This document shows, piece after piece, positions 1-9,181 of a stretch of 64,000 nucleotides of DNA (positions within the stretch are counted from its first letter, which is position 1; each line of letters starts with the position of its first letter). A program made the translations under genes and the position numbers. Location: IMG/VR virus record IMGVR_UViG_3300045988_154248; one strand, written 5' to 3'. Origin of the DNA: a virus. The notes below the pieces were generated by a model. The model did no database searches. It was not told the DNA's origin and saw only the letters and a program-made list of their open reading frames with translations.

Positions 1-337
1 TCATATCCCAAGGTGTCGTAATCATACAGTTTTTGTTGATATAAACTTCTGGTCGATATCCTAGATTGGTCAACTCATCATATTCCTGTTTGAAAATAAT
101 AGGATTTAAAATAAAATCTTCTGGCAGATATGTAGCTGCTCCATTAAATGTGCCAGATCCAAAATGATGAAAGACATGTCGAATGCCATCTGGTGACGTA
201 ACCGTATGTCCTCGTTGCGCTCCACCATTAGAACATATAACAATACTATTTTTCTTTTGAGAAAAATAATTTGTTATCAACCCTTTTCCCTCGTCGCCAA
301 ACGATCCACCAATCACAATCTTAATGTCTTTCATCAT
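1..337 (-). CDS. adenylosuccinate synthetase-like protein (PurA/PurZ family), N-terminal part; gene runs off the window start
   Basis: Own translation from ATG 337 (AGGAG SD upstream): MMKDIKIVIGGSFGDEGKGLITNYF..SNGGAQRGHT..HHFGSG. The GDEGKG P-loop and GHT motif are PurA-family hallmarks. Not in ORF track because there is no stop inside the window. Confidence 0.6.
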   Translation of the reverse strand, partial: MMKDIKIVIGGSFGDEGKGLITNYFSQKKNSIVICSNGGAQRGHTVTSPDGIRHVFHHFGSGTFNGAATYLPEDFILNPIIFKQEYDELTNLGYRPEVYINKNCMITTPWDM

Positions 338-350
338 TTTGTCTCCTATT

Positions 351-1232
351 CTACCAAACGATTTCTCCAGAAGTAGAAATCATTACATTCGTATTTGTCT
401 CATTATTTTCTACTTCACCAACAATAATATCAACAATAGCATCTGCGATATTATTCATATTTACATTTCTAAAATGTTTATCATCCATATATTCTTTGAA
501 CGAATTTTCAATTGACTCCTGCCGATAATTATATCCGCCATGTTCAACATTGAGATGATAGAGATTGAATTTCTCCGATGTTTCTTTATACAAATCTCTT
601 GTCTCTACATCTGCCTGTAAACTATCCCCTGTAATACTTTTCATACTACATCTAAGGCCTTCTAAAGGAAGATATGGGTTAAGCATTTCGTCTCCCATGG
701 TGATAATGATGCCTTTCCTATTGCGATTTAAACAATCGAGTTTTGTATGATGAAGACCAAAATACCATGCAGCAGTATAGGATTCAAATCTATTTCCGCC
801 ACCGCCAAATTCAAAATACAATTTATCAAGCTGCTCTGCGATTCTAATGTCAGACTCAAATTGAGACGCCTGGATCGGATATCTATCGTAAGCTAAATCT
901 CCAATACCCATAATCATAAACTCAACATCTGCAATTTTCTCATACAGCTTTGTCATTACTTCATTTAACGTTTTAGATACTTCAACTGCTGCGTCGCCCA
1001 TACTACCCGTAACGTCTAGCGCCAAGATAACAGGTAAAGTATTCGGGTGTTCTGCAGAATCACAGCACTCTCTAATTACATTCTTAGGATCTAAAGCATG
1101 ATCAAGCGTTACTGCCTTAAACATATCCTGGTTAGAATATAAACCTCTGATTTTACCATCGTCTGATACATCAAGACCTTTCGTTACTGAATAACTTACA
1201 AAATCATCTGACTTCCAACTTCCGCATCCCAT
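351..1232 (-). CDS. von Willebrand factor A (vWA) domain protein
   Basis: ORF track 293 aa; MIDAS-like DxTGS motif (LALDVTGSMGD); tightly packed with neighbours. Confidence 0.6.
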   Translation of the reverse strand: MGCGSWKSDDFVSYSVTKGLDVSDDGKIRGLYSNQDMFKAVTLDHALDPKNVIRECCDSAEHPNTLPVILALDVTGSMGDAAVEVSKTLNEVMTKLYEKIADVEFMIMGIGDLAYDRYPIQASQFESDIRIAEQLDKLYFEFGGGGNRFESYTAAWYFGLHHTKLDCLNRNRKGIIITMGDEMLNPYLPLEGLRCSMKSITGDSLQADVETRDLYKETSEKFNLYHLNVEHGGYNYRQESIENSFKEYMDDKHFRNVNMNNIADAIVDIIVGEVENNETNTNVMISTSGEIVW

Positions 1233-1234
1233 AA

Positions 1235-1846
1235 TTATTCTTCCCCCTCTGCTTCATCTGTATCATCTTCGTCACTCATATCAAAATCAAACATTCCATC
1301 AAACATTTCAGACATGCCATTTCCTCCACCCATCATCATAAAAGGAAGCATTGCGCTCATATTACCAAATGTCATAGAACCATTTGTCCCATCGTTACCA
1401 TTCATCATCTGAGAAAACATCATATATTTAAAAATGTTATTTGTTCCTTTTTTACTCTTAAACATATCGTTTCCAAACATGGAAACAATTTTTCCATAAA
1501 AATATGTATTTCCCATAAATACATGACGTTCTGGAAGAATCATATCTACCGCAGAGTCTTCATAATTAACGACTGTAATTTTATTTTTATCCGCTTCGAT
1601 GACACACTTTGGTTTACCATTAACAAGAATGATGTCCCCTTTTTCAACTTTGTTAGTTGGAATAACAAAGAAAAACTCTTCTCCGATGTCGAATACAAAG
1701 TTGTTACAATTTGTAAGTTTTCCTGTCTTTACGTTATAGGTTTTGTATCCAGTGCTTGTCTTAACAGCGATATCACCATTCATAGACAATCTGCACATTC
1801 CGTTTCCTACCTTGCCAAACATACCATTTAAAAAATTGTTCATCAT
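1235..1846 (-). CDS. hypothetical protein, Gly/Met/Asn-rich with acidic tail
   Basis: ORF track 203 aa; C-terminal half GNDGTNGSM..MMMGGGNGM ending DEDDTDEAEGEE; 2-nt gap to next gene. Confidence 0.55.
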   Translation of the reverse strand: MMNNFLNGMFGKVGNGMCRLSMNGDIAVKTSTGYKTYNVKTGKLTNCNNFVFDIGEEFFFVIPTNKVEKGDIILVNGKPKCVIEADKNKITVVNYEDSAVDMILPERHVFMGNTYFYGKIVSMFGNDMFKSKKGTNNIFKYMMFSQMMNGNDGTNGSMTFGNMSAMLPFMMMGGGNGMSEMFDGMFDFDMSDEDDTDEAEGEE

Positions 1847-1916
1847 ATTACTTTTCCTCCTAAAATTTTATTTGTTTTTATATTGTTCTCTCCTATGAAA
1901 ACAACATTCTATCGGA

Positions 1917-2393
1917 TTATTTTCGATCTTCCAACGGAATAACCATGTCTATATTCTTTAGAATTTGCATGATGTTCCAAGGTTTTCCAGTGAATTCCTT
2001 GTCTACATCAATAAATCTTTCTACTAAATCTCTAATTGGAACTGTTTTATTTTCGTCAAGCATTTTCTTTTCGTAATACATATCACTTTCAGTGTTTTTG
2101 TATAATCCAGTTAATGCCAAATAATCAATAATTTCTTTGTTTGTCATAGGCTCTTTATTTTCGTCGTCTTCTGTACTATTTTCATCTTCATTTATTTTTT
2201 CGATAAAATTTTGATACTTTTGAGCGATACCAAAGCATCTATTGCTTAATATGTTTGTTTCATTAAGGTGAGGCTTATATCCATTCTGCTCAAGATCCAT
2301 AAGGATTTTATTCTGATTTCGTAATACTCTGCTCAATGATTCAAACAATGTTTGTATTTCGTATTCTTCTAAATTTTCCATGCTTGTACTCAT
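1917..2393 (-). CDS. hypothetical protein
   Basis: ORF track 158 aa; co-directional, tightly packed. Confidence 0.55.
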   Translation of the reverse strand: MSTSMENLEEYEIQTLFESLSRVLRNQNKILMDLEQNGYKPHLNETNILSNRCFGIAQKYQNFIEKINEDENSTEDDENKEPMTNKEIIDYLALTGLYKNTESDMYYEKKMLDENKTVPIRDLVERFIDVDKEFTGKPWNIMQILKNIDMVIPLEDRK

Positions 2394-2395
2394 AT

Positions 2396-2599
2396 TTATG
2401 CTCCTGTATTTGCAATCAATACGACCTGTTCTTGATCTAAATTTATTTTCTGCACCACAACGTCCGTAGCTTTTCGAAAATCATCAGAACTCCATCTTGC
2501 TTTTCTTTCTGCATGTTTTTCGTCTTCTGCTATAACTACCATGGCATAATCTTGACACCATTCAGTTTGTTTAATTTTCACCAAATACACATTCATCAT
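2396..2599 (-). CDS. hypothetical protein
   Basis: ORF track 67 aa; its first ~25 codons have a degenerate second copy at 4165-4245. Confidence 0.55.
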   Translation of the reverse strand: MMNVYLVKIKQTEWCQDYAMVVIAEDEKHAERKARWSSDDFRKATDVVVQKINLDQEQVVLIANTGA

Positions 2600-2809
2600 T
2601 TATCTTACTATGTCCTCACTATTCATTGGTTTATTGTCTTCTTCAATCCTTTTATACAGTTCTCTTTCCAGATTTACAATACCTTTGACATAACCAGCAA
2701 TCTCATCATTTGATGATTCATCCGTAATATCAGATACTTTTCTCCTGATCTGTCGAAATGCTTCCAGCTGTAATTCTTCTACTGTCATATACATTAGTCC
2801 CTCTTTCAT
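2600..2809 (-). CDS. hypothetical protein
   Basis: ORF track 69 aa; abuts neighbours with no gap. Confidence 0.5.
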   Translation of the reverse strand: MKEGLMYMTVEELQLEAFRQIRRKVSDITDESSNDEIAGYVKGIVNLERELYKRIEEDNKPMNSEDIVR

Positions 2810-2810
2810 A

Positions 2811-3203
2811 TTAAGTTGGCATATTTATTTCTTTTGTATTTTCTTTAAAACAATATGCTTCGGCTTCTTCTCGTGTTTTGAAAAGATTCTTTTTTGAACG
2901 ATTACGAACTGGAAGATCGTATCTATTTTCTCCCAGTGCATGAACTCTATATTTGATCTTATCCGAACCATCACTGTAAAATGCTACGTCAATTCTATCG
3001 ACAACAGCTTTACATACATCAAGAACTGACTGTTTTTGATTAACTATATTACCAGTAGCATTGCAATTTCTGCATTGAATTTCATATCCATTATAGGTAA
3101 AATGTCCTTTACCTTCACATACAGGACATATGTACTGCGTTTTCTTTTTATACGTTGTCCAACATTCTTCTCCAATTTCAAAGCCATTATTTATTGTACG
3201 CAT
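2811..3203 (-). CDS. zinc-finger protein (DnaJ-type CxxCxGxG repeats)
   Basis: CPVCEGKGH..CRNCNATG motifs. Start moved to ATG 3203 behind AAGGAGAA SD; the track start 3239 would overlap the upstream gene. Confidence 0.55.
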   Translation of the reverse strand: MRTINNGFEIGEECWTTYKKKTQYICPVCEGKGHFTYNGYEIQCRNCNATGNIVNQKQSVLDVCKAVVDRIDVAFYSDGSDKIKYRVHALGENRYDLPVRNRSKKNLFKTREEAEAYCFKENTKEINMPT

Positions 3204-3217
3204 GATCGTTCTCCTTT

Positions 3218-3502
3218 TTATGCTACTTTGTTGACCCATTCTTTGAATCTTCGGAAATCCTCTTTACTCATACAGATATCTGCATAATAAAAATCTTTAT
3301 TACGGATAACAGCCCAAATTTTTCTCAGCTTTGTTGAAAAGGTATGACCTTGTTCTTTGTAAAAATTACCATTGGTAAATACCATAAAAACATAGTCATC
3401 AGTTTCAGTATCATGATCTAATTTAATATGAACTCCTTCATCACAACCACAACTGCAATTTACAACCAGTTCATCTTCTTCAAAATTTGTTAATACTGCC
3501 AT
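3218..3502 (-). CDS. hypothetical protein
   Basis: ORF track frame; start moved to ATG 3502 behind AGGAGA SD. Confidence 0.5.
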   Translation of the reverse strand: MAVLTNFEEDELVVNCSCGCDEGVHIKLDHDTETDDYVFMVFTNGNFYKEQGHTFSTKLRKIWAVIRNKDFYYADICMSKEDFRRFKEWVNKVA

Positions 3503-3516
3503 AATCTTGTTCTCCT

Positions 3517-3696
3517 TTAATTTGATTGATATTTTTTCTCCATACCACATTTCTTACAACGGTATGTTTTTTCATGATATCTTGGCATTGATTCTAGCCT
3601 TCCCCAAAAATCATAACCATAAATATTGGTATCGAATATTAATTCCCATTCATGCTTACAAAAACAGGATCGAATATAATTGATTAACCGTCGCAT
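3517..3696 (-). CDS. small Cys-containing hypothetical protein (59 aa)
   Basis: Own call below the track cut-off: MRRLINYIRSCFCKHEW..YRCKKCGMEKKYQSN; AGGAGA SD upstream of ATG 3696. Confidence 0.45.
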   Translation of the reverse strand: MRRLINYIRSCFCKHEWELIFDTNIYGYDFWGRLESMPRYHEKTYRCKKCGMEKKYQSN

Positions 3697-3700
3697 TTTA

Positions 3701-3916
3701 TTATTCTCCTAATGTTTTCGATATAATTTTAAAATCGTCCTCTTGCATAATGATTTCAAAAACTTTCTGTAGAACTTCTAAAGCTTCATAATTCGTATAC
3801 ATTAAGTCTCCTTCATCATTTAAAATCTTTGAAGGTGTCTCAGATAATTTATCTAAAAATAATTCAAGCAAATTATTTTCGAATTCTTCTGTAATATCAT
3901 CTTTTGTAAAATTCAT
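3701..3916 (-). CDS. hypothetical protein (acidic)
   Basis: ORF track 71 aa; 4-nt overlap with upstream gene. Confidence 0.55.
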   Translation of the reverse strand: MNFTKDDITEEFENNLLELFLDKLSETPSKILNDEGDLMYTNYEALEVLQKVFEIIMQEDDFKIISKTLGE

Positions 3917-4170
3917 GACTCATATCCACCAATATTTTTAGGATATGGTGGAGATTCCCATTTAGCACCGCATGTATGACATTCAAATTTTTTATACTTC
4001 CAAATTGTATTTTTCTCCCAAAATCTCAACCACGAAAATTTATTGTTATTTTTATCATGTTTTCCATACCAAGTAGTCTCCCAATCCCAGACACCTTTAG
4101 AACTATGGCTATTATCACAACCAAACCTTTCTTTTTCTCCACAAAAACGGGAAAATGCCATATTTTTCAA
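3913..4170 (-). CDS. hypothetical protein
   Basis: ORF track 85 aa (non-ATG start); first in-frame ATG at 4161 is the likelier start. Confidence 0.5.
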   Translation of the reverse strand: MKNMAFSRFCGEKERFGCDNSHSSKGVWDWETTWYGKHDKNNNKFSWLRFWEKNTIWKYKKFECHTCGAKWESPPYPKNIGGYES

Positions 4171-4248
4171 GAATTTTATCTTCTGCTACAACAACCATGG
4201 CGTAATCCTGACACCAGCTTTTTCGCTTAATACTTACTAGATATACAT

Positions 4249-4764
4249 TCAAAGTTTATATCCCCTTTCTTTACGATCAAAGATACGCTTTTGTTCACAA
4301 CTTCCGTTTGGATATCTTGCAGGATTTTCTACCGTTTTCATACATCTGCAAAAATATTTACATGTATCACATTCGCAATTTTTATCGAACTTATGTTTTT
4401 TGTAATAATTATTACCCCAATTGTTCTCGTTTAAAGGCAAACTCAATTCTTTAGAATATAAGCGATCAAATTTTTCCATAAATTCATCAACTTCTTTTCT
4501 AAATTCAGTTCTATGCGTATAATAATAATAGATATAATTGTCATCGTCCAAGATATCTGGCACCCAATGAGGGGATGACAATTTGTATTTACTTAGAACT
4601 TCAATGCCACAATTTATTCTAGTTTTGTCATTCAGTGACATTTTTTCCCCTCTCATATACCTCTCAATTGCTTCTTCATTAACACCAACTATTTTCATGA
4701 ATTGATCTATATCAATATTTTTGTCCCTTAAATATCCAGGCAAACTATTATACATGTCCATCAT
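4249..4764 (-). CDS. hypothetical protein with Cys-rich C-terminus
   Basis: ORF track 171 aa; CECDTCKYFCRC cluster. Confidence 0.55.
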   Translation of the reverse strand: MMDMYNSLPGYLRDKNIDIDQFMKIVGVNEEAIERYMRGEKMSLNDKTRINCGIEVLSKYKLSSPHWVPDILDDDNYIYYYYTHRTEFRKEVDEFMEKFDRLYSKELSLPLNENNWGNNYYKKHKFDKNCECDTCKYFCRCMKTVENPARYPNGSCEQKRIFDRKERGYKL

Positions 4765-4779
4765 AAAACCCTCCTTGTC

Positions 4780-5010
4780 TTAAACAAATGCTATAACAAC
4801 TTTTCGAGCCACAATATTTTCAAACTCTTGCGGAAACATTGATTTGCCATAGATGCTGTTTAGAAATTGATTTAATGACTTTGAATCTTTAAATTTATGA
4901 CATGTTCTAAATTCATCCATGAAATACAGCGTTCCTACAGAGTCATTTCTTGTATGCAAGAATTCTCCATCTTTATTTTGTAATACAAAATACTGTTCTC
5001 TAATTTCCAT
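4780..5010 (-). CDS. hypothetical protein
   Basis: ORF track 76 aa; co-directional. Confidence 0.5.
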   Translation of the reverse strand: MEIREQYFVLQNKDGEFLHTRNDSVGTLYFMDEFRTCHKFKDSKSLNQFLNSIYGKSMFPQEFENIVARKVVIAFV

Positions 5011-5030
5011 CTTCTTGCTAACCTTCGCCT

Positions 5031-5726
5031 CTATCTATATTTTCTCTTATCTTTCTTTTCTCTGGTACGAAGGATAAATTTCTTATAATCTTCATAGGAT
5101 GCAAACTGAATATATTTTCCTTCCATAACATCAAAACACTTACTCTCGTGTGCAAGTTCGTATTCATTAGAAGAAATCATAATATATAATTCGATGCCAA
5201 ATTCTTTTGCGTCCTTAATAACAAGATCAAAAAAATCCTTCATCTCAATTACATTATCAATTGAATAGCCAGAGTCCATTGCATCAAGTAGAATCCAGCG
5301 TTCGTTCGATACGTTATTCTCTTCGTTATCATCTTTTAACGCGAGCGTCTTTGCCAACGCATTGAATCTATCTCCATTATCACCAGTTTCAACAAATTTT
5401 CTTAACTTTGATGCAATCTTAGAAAGATTTAAAGAAATATTTTCCCCTTCAGAAGAACACAATGCTGTAGCCGTAAAAGAAAGATTTCCATAAAATATAC
5501 TTTCACTAATAGAATTATTCCCACCGTCTTTTTCATTATCATAATAAAATACTGGTATATCTTCTTTTTTAAGCTCAGATTTAATATTATGTAGAAGTGT
5601 TGTCTTGCCAGATCCGTTACAGCCAACCAGGACTGTTAATCCTTGTTGAATCTCAATCTGCTTTTTACGACATGTTGAAAATCCTGCGTCATATGGATCA
5701 CGCCATGTTTTGATTATTCTGCTCAT
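5031..5726 (-). CDS. ABC/SMC-type P-loop ATPase
   Basis: Walker A GCNGSGKTT, signature-like SSEGEN, Walker B WILLDAMDSG; 231 aa. Confidence 0.6.
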   Translation of the reverse strand: MSRIIKTWRDPYDAGFSTCRKKQIEIQQGLTVLVGCNGSGKTTLLHNIKSELKKEDIPVFYYDNEKDGGNNSISESIFYGNLSFTATALCSSEGENISLNLSKIASKLRKFVETGDNGDRFNALAKTLALKDDNEENNVSNERWILLDAMDSGYSIDNVIEMKDFFDLVIKDAKEFGIELYIMISSNEYELAHESKCFDVMEGKYIQFASYEDYKKFILRTREKKDKRKYR

Positions 5727-5738
5727 TTACATTCCTCT

Positions 5739-5996
5739 CTATTCAAAAATACAAATTATACCATTATTATCGACACCTGCAGTCTCATCAAAATAAATAT
5801 AGGGCCATGAAATCCCTGAAATAACGTCAAAATTCATATCATGTGTAGCAATTTCTTTATCACCATATTTCTCCATCGCTTTCTGTAGCAGTTCGATAAA
5901 GTCCGAAATTTTATATACATTGTCTTTATCGAATGTCAATGCTTTTGTTATATGTTTATCAAGACATTCGAAATCTTCCTCGATGATCTTATTCAT
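5739..5996 (-). CDS. hypothetical protein
   Basis: Track frame; start moved to ATG 5996 (GAGGAG SD), giving an 8-nt overlap with the upstream stop. Confidence 0.5.
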   Translation of the reverse strand: MNKIIEEDFECLDKHITKALTFDKDNVYKISDFIELLQKAMEKYGDKEIATHDMNFDVISGISWPYIYFDETAGVDNNGIICIFE

Positions 5997-6267
5997 CCAT
6001 ATCTCCTCTACAAATTTTATTAGCATTTTCTTTGCCGTACACAACTTCATCTGCCAGTTTTCGAGAAATACGGCTAACCTGCTTTAATCCCTCTCTGATA
6101 ATCGTTCCGCTTGGCTGCTGATGATTTTTGATAAATCCGATCCACTGATCTTCGTTTAGAATGTTTCTTTCACTTTCATATACTACTGCATAGCCTAGTT
6201 CCCGTTTTGCAAGGCAAAGTGTGTTGATCATGCAGTCGATATCATCTAATACATCTTTAATCGGCAT
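5989..6267 (-). CDS. hypothetical protein
   Basis: ORF track 92 aa; first gene after the terminator at 6344-6394. Confidence 0.5.
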   Translation of the reverse strand: MPIKDVLDDIDCMINTLCLAKRELGYAVVYESERNILNEDQWIGFIKNHQQPSGTIIREGLKQVSRISRKLADEVVYGKENANKICRGDMDE

Positions 6268-6343
6268 TGGTTTTTGTCCTCTCTTTATGTAAATAGTTAT
6301 ATGTTTCTATGTAAGATTATTCTCCTATGATCCGTTTATAAAA

Positions 6344-6394
6344 AGCGTTCTACAATTTATATTCTTAATAGGTTAGAATTGATTGTAGAACGCT
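6344..6394 (-). terminator. intrinsic terminator closing the NAD operon
   Basis: Perfect 13-bp stem agcgttctacaat / attgtagaacgct (6344-6356 / 6382-6394), followed on the minus strand by TTTTTAT, 39 nt after the nadE stop. Confidence 0.6.
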
Positions 6395-6432
6395 CATGAT
6401 GGTGAATTGTTGTGGTTATTTTAGAATGCAAA

Positions 6433-7191
6433 TCAGTCTAAATATGATTTCAGACCACTTTCAAAATATGGAATTGGTCTTCTCTTGAATCTGTATTTTT
6501 CAACCCTTGCATCGATAATAGCTTTTACTGCAGCATCATCAATTTCACCTGTTCTTGCATACCGATCGAATACAGAATATTTAAATCCAAGAGCGCTTTC
6601 ATCAGAAGATCCACATAATCCGTCTGACGGCGTTTTGTCAACCATCTTTTTCAGTAGAATCGTCTCATATCCAATAGCTTTTACTTCCTGTACTGTGAAA
6701 TCCTTTAATGGTGCAAAGTCTCCTACTGCATCGCCCCAGCGAGTTTCCCAAGATAAGAGTGTTTCCGAAAGATTGCATGTATTAGCAACTCGTCCATTCA
6801 TACTCTGTGAAATTGCATAAAGTGTTGCCATTCTGATTCGAGGAGGCAGATTAATTGATGTCTGTTTTGACCAATGATCACCAATTTGTGGTCTGATTTC
6901 GTGCTTTAGCGCAAGAATTGCTGGATGAATATCTACAGTACAGTATTCAATACCTAAATGTTTAGCAACTTCATAGGCATCTTCAATATCTGTCTGTTCT
7001 CCGTCTGGCATGAGCACACCTAAAACTCTATTCTTTCCAAGAGCTTCCACACAGAGAGCCGCAACAATGCTTGAATCTTTACCCCCTGAAAGACCTACTG
7101 TGGCAATACAATCTTTCCCATTCTGCTCAAAGAACATTTTAATCCACTCGACAATCTTATTTTTTGTTTCTTTTGCATCAAAAGTATACAT
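6433..7191 (-). CDS. nadE: NH3-dependent NAD+ synthetase
   Basis: PP-loop VGLSGGKDSS, then INLPPRIRMATLYA, GDFAPLKDF, KTPSDGL..SDE..LGF..Y. Start set at ATG 7191 behind AAAGGAGAGGAGAA. Confidence 0.85.
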   Translation of the reverse strand: MYTFDAKETKNKIVEWIKMFFEQNGKDCIATVGLSGGKDSSIVAALCVEALGKNRVLGVLMPDGEQTDIEDAYEVAKHLGIEYCTVDIHPAILALKHEIRPQIGDHWSKQTSINLPPRIRMATLYAISQSMNGRVANTCNLSETLLSWETRWGDAVGDFAPLKDFTVQEVKAIGYETILLKKMVDKTPSDGLCGSSDESALGFKYSVFDRYARTGEIDDAAVKAIIDARVEKYRFKRRPIPYFESGLKSYLD

Positions 7192-7208
7192 ATCTATTCT
7201 CCTCTCCT

Positions 7209-7715
7209 TTACTGATTTAATTTCCACAGTTCAACATGAGTATCAAGTTCATTAAAAATCTTCTGTATCATTGAATATACTTCGTCCCAATCTGCTCCAC
7301 CACGATCACAGCCGATCTTATATGGCATAGCAATTGTTGCACTAAAATTATTGTTCCTTTCATGTGCTTTCCAACACATAGTTCTAAAACACTTTTCTAA
7401 TGCTTCCAGAGAAGTATATTGTTTTCCGTCATATCCATAGTTATCTTGTGCAAAGAAATTACAAATCCACTGTTCATTACTTGGAATTGCAATCGATCCA
7501 CAGTCGTATCCAATATATTTTGGCTTGACTGGTACAATTTGTACTTTCCCCAGCATATCCGATGATGCTACCTTTTTATATTCTTCGTATACATGTGGAA
7601 ATCGCTGTCTGACCTGCAAAGCCACGCCAGATCCCATCTTTCCCATACAATTTACCTGATGACAAATAAATTTTGCATCCGTATCAAATAAATTTCCTTC
7701 GATAATTTCAATCAT
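7209..7715 (-). CDS. macrodomain protein (ADP-ribose binding/hydrolase fold)
   Basis: IEGNLFDTDAKFICHQVNCMGKMGSGVALQV is a typical macro/Appr-1''-p processing N-terminus. Start at ATG 7715 behind GGAGAA. Confidence 0.75.
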   Translation of the reverse strand: MIEIIEGNLFDTDAKFICHQVNCMGKMGSGVALQVRQRFPHVYEEYKKVASSDMLGKVQIVPVKPKYIGYDCGSIAIPSNEQWICNFFAQDNYGYDGKQYTSLEALEKCFRTMCWKAHERNNNFSATIAMPYKIGCDRGGADWDEVYSMIQKIFNELDTHVELWKLNQ

Positions 7716-9180
7716 GATTTTCTCCATTTAGTCTTTCACGAATCTCTTCAAAAGTCTGTTCTTTTACTAATTCTCCATCTTTAAAGACGAGTTTCAGTTC
7801 ATTTTCTTCTGGCATTGTATCTTCTGCATAACCATCATGACACACGAATTTATTTTCTTCTTTTACTACACAGCAAAGTCCTTTATGAGATTTCTTCAGA
7901 TTATTTTTATCTGTTTTTGGATTCTTCTGAATGGTATATTCTTTGCCATCAATTACACAATAAGTGCTCTTCATTGCAAATCCAAAAGTATCTCTTGTTA
8001 AGCAAACCATTCCATCTTCTGGCGTACACATTGCAGAGAAAGAAAACGCACCTACTCCAAAAAGAATCGCATCTGCTGCAAATCCTAATCCTTCAAGCTG
8101 TGTCCAAATCTCTTTGATCTTACTGTACTGACAACCATCTCCGTAAATGATTCCAATCTTTGGATTTAACTCCTTATAACCTTTTGAGTTTACAGTTCCA
8201 CCAAAAATCTGATATAATTTCTGAACAGTTTTTACTGAAATTTCAACGATATCGCCGCTATCAGGACGTACAAGGAATTTGCCATTATGCTCTTCGATTT
8301 CTTTTCTCAGTTTTGGAAGTGTTTCGTCAATAAGGTTCCAGTAATCAAATGTATCAGAGACATAACTGAAAGATGTATTCTTATATGTATCAGTCAGTAA
8401 TCTTCTTAACAGATTTTCTTCTGTCTCGCATACAGCCAGATTACTGCATACGGTTGCATGTTCCAGGCTAACTGCTCCAATACCAATATGGTTCTTAGCA
8501 CAATCAGCATCGTACATTTTATCAATATACTGAGTTGCAGGAATTGTAGAAGTTTTATTGAAAGATAGCAGCCATGAAGAACTTGCATGAACTCCGTTCT
8601 CAATGCCGAGTCCTCTGAATCCAAAATCCGCCATAGCCATTGCAGGATTAGCACCATCTGTAGTTTTCTCGTAAAATTCATTTGCAAGTGTTTTATATTT
8701 ATGACCTACAGTTGCCCAGTTGCATGTCCCAAAAATAAAAGACTGCATAATGCATTCCAGCCATTGTACCGTCCATGCGAAATCCGGATGTGCGTTACTC
8801 ATCTCAATACACGGGACTCCCATTGTTACAACAGATCCTTCTGGAAGAGCTTTGATCTCTACAGGTAAATACTGCAGATCCCATAATTTTTCGATACGTC
8901 CAAGATCATAACTCTGAGAACCGATCTGATTATCCAGATATTCTTTATATTCTGCAATAACTTCTTTTTTGGGTCTTTTGAAGAAAGTTTCATTTGCTAA
9001 ATCAATCATATATTCCTTAATAAAACCCTGTAATCCAAAGAATACAACTTCATTCAGATTTTTGAACATTGATTTTCTAGGAGTAATATAAGAAGTTAAT
9101 TTTGTAAGACCCTTTGGAAGAGCATCAGGATTTGTATTTTTATATGTATCTGCCATCAGCATAAAAGAAATGTTTCTCAT
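7708..9180 (-). CDS. nicotinamide phosphoribosyltransferase-like enzyme (NAMPT/NadV family; possible Namat)
   Basis: ADTYK, LVRPDSGD and IIYGDG motifs of the NAMPT family. Start set at ATG 9180 (GGAGG SD), directly after the upstream stop. Confidence 0.8.
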   Translation of the reverse strand: MRNISFMLMADTYKNTNPDALPKGLTKLTSYITPRKSMFKNLNEVVFFGLQGFIKEYMIDLANETFFKRPKKEVIAEYKEYLDNQIGSQSYDLGRIEKLWDLQYLPVEIKALPEGSVVTMGVPCIEMSNAHPDFAWTVQWLECIMQSFIFGTCNWATVGHKYKTLANEFYEKTTDGANPAMAMADFGFRGLGIENGVHASSSWLLSFNKTSTIPATQYIDKMYDADCAKNHIGIGAVSLEHATVCSNLAVCETEENLLRRLLTDTYKNTSFSYVSDTFDYWNLIDETLPKLRKEIEEHNGKFLVRPDSGDIVEISVKTVQKLYQIFGGTVNSKGYKELNPKIGIIYGDGCQYSKIKEIWTQLEGLGFAADAILFGVGAFSFSAMCTPEDGMVCLTRDTFGFAMKSTYCVIDGKEYTIQKNPKTDKNNLKKSHKGLCCVVKEENKFVCHDGYAEDTMPEENELKLVFKDGELVKEQTFEEIRERLNGENHD

Positions 9181-9181
9181 T

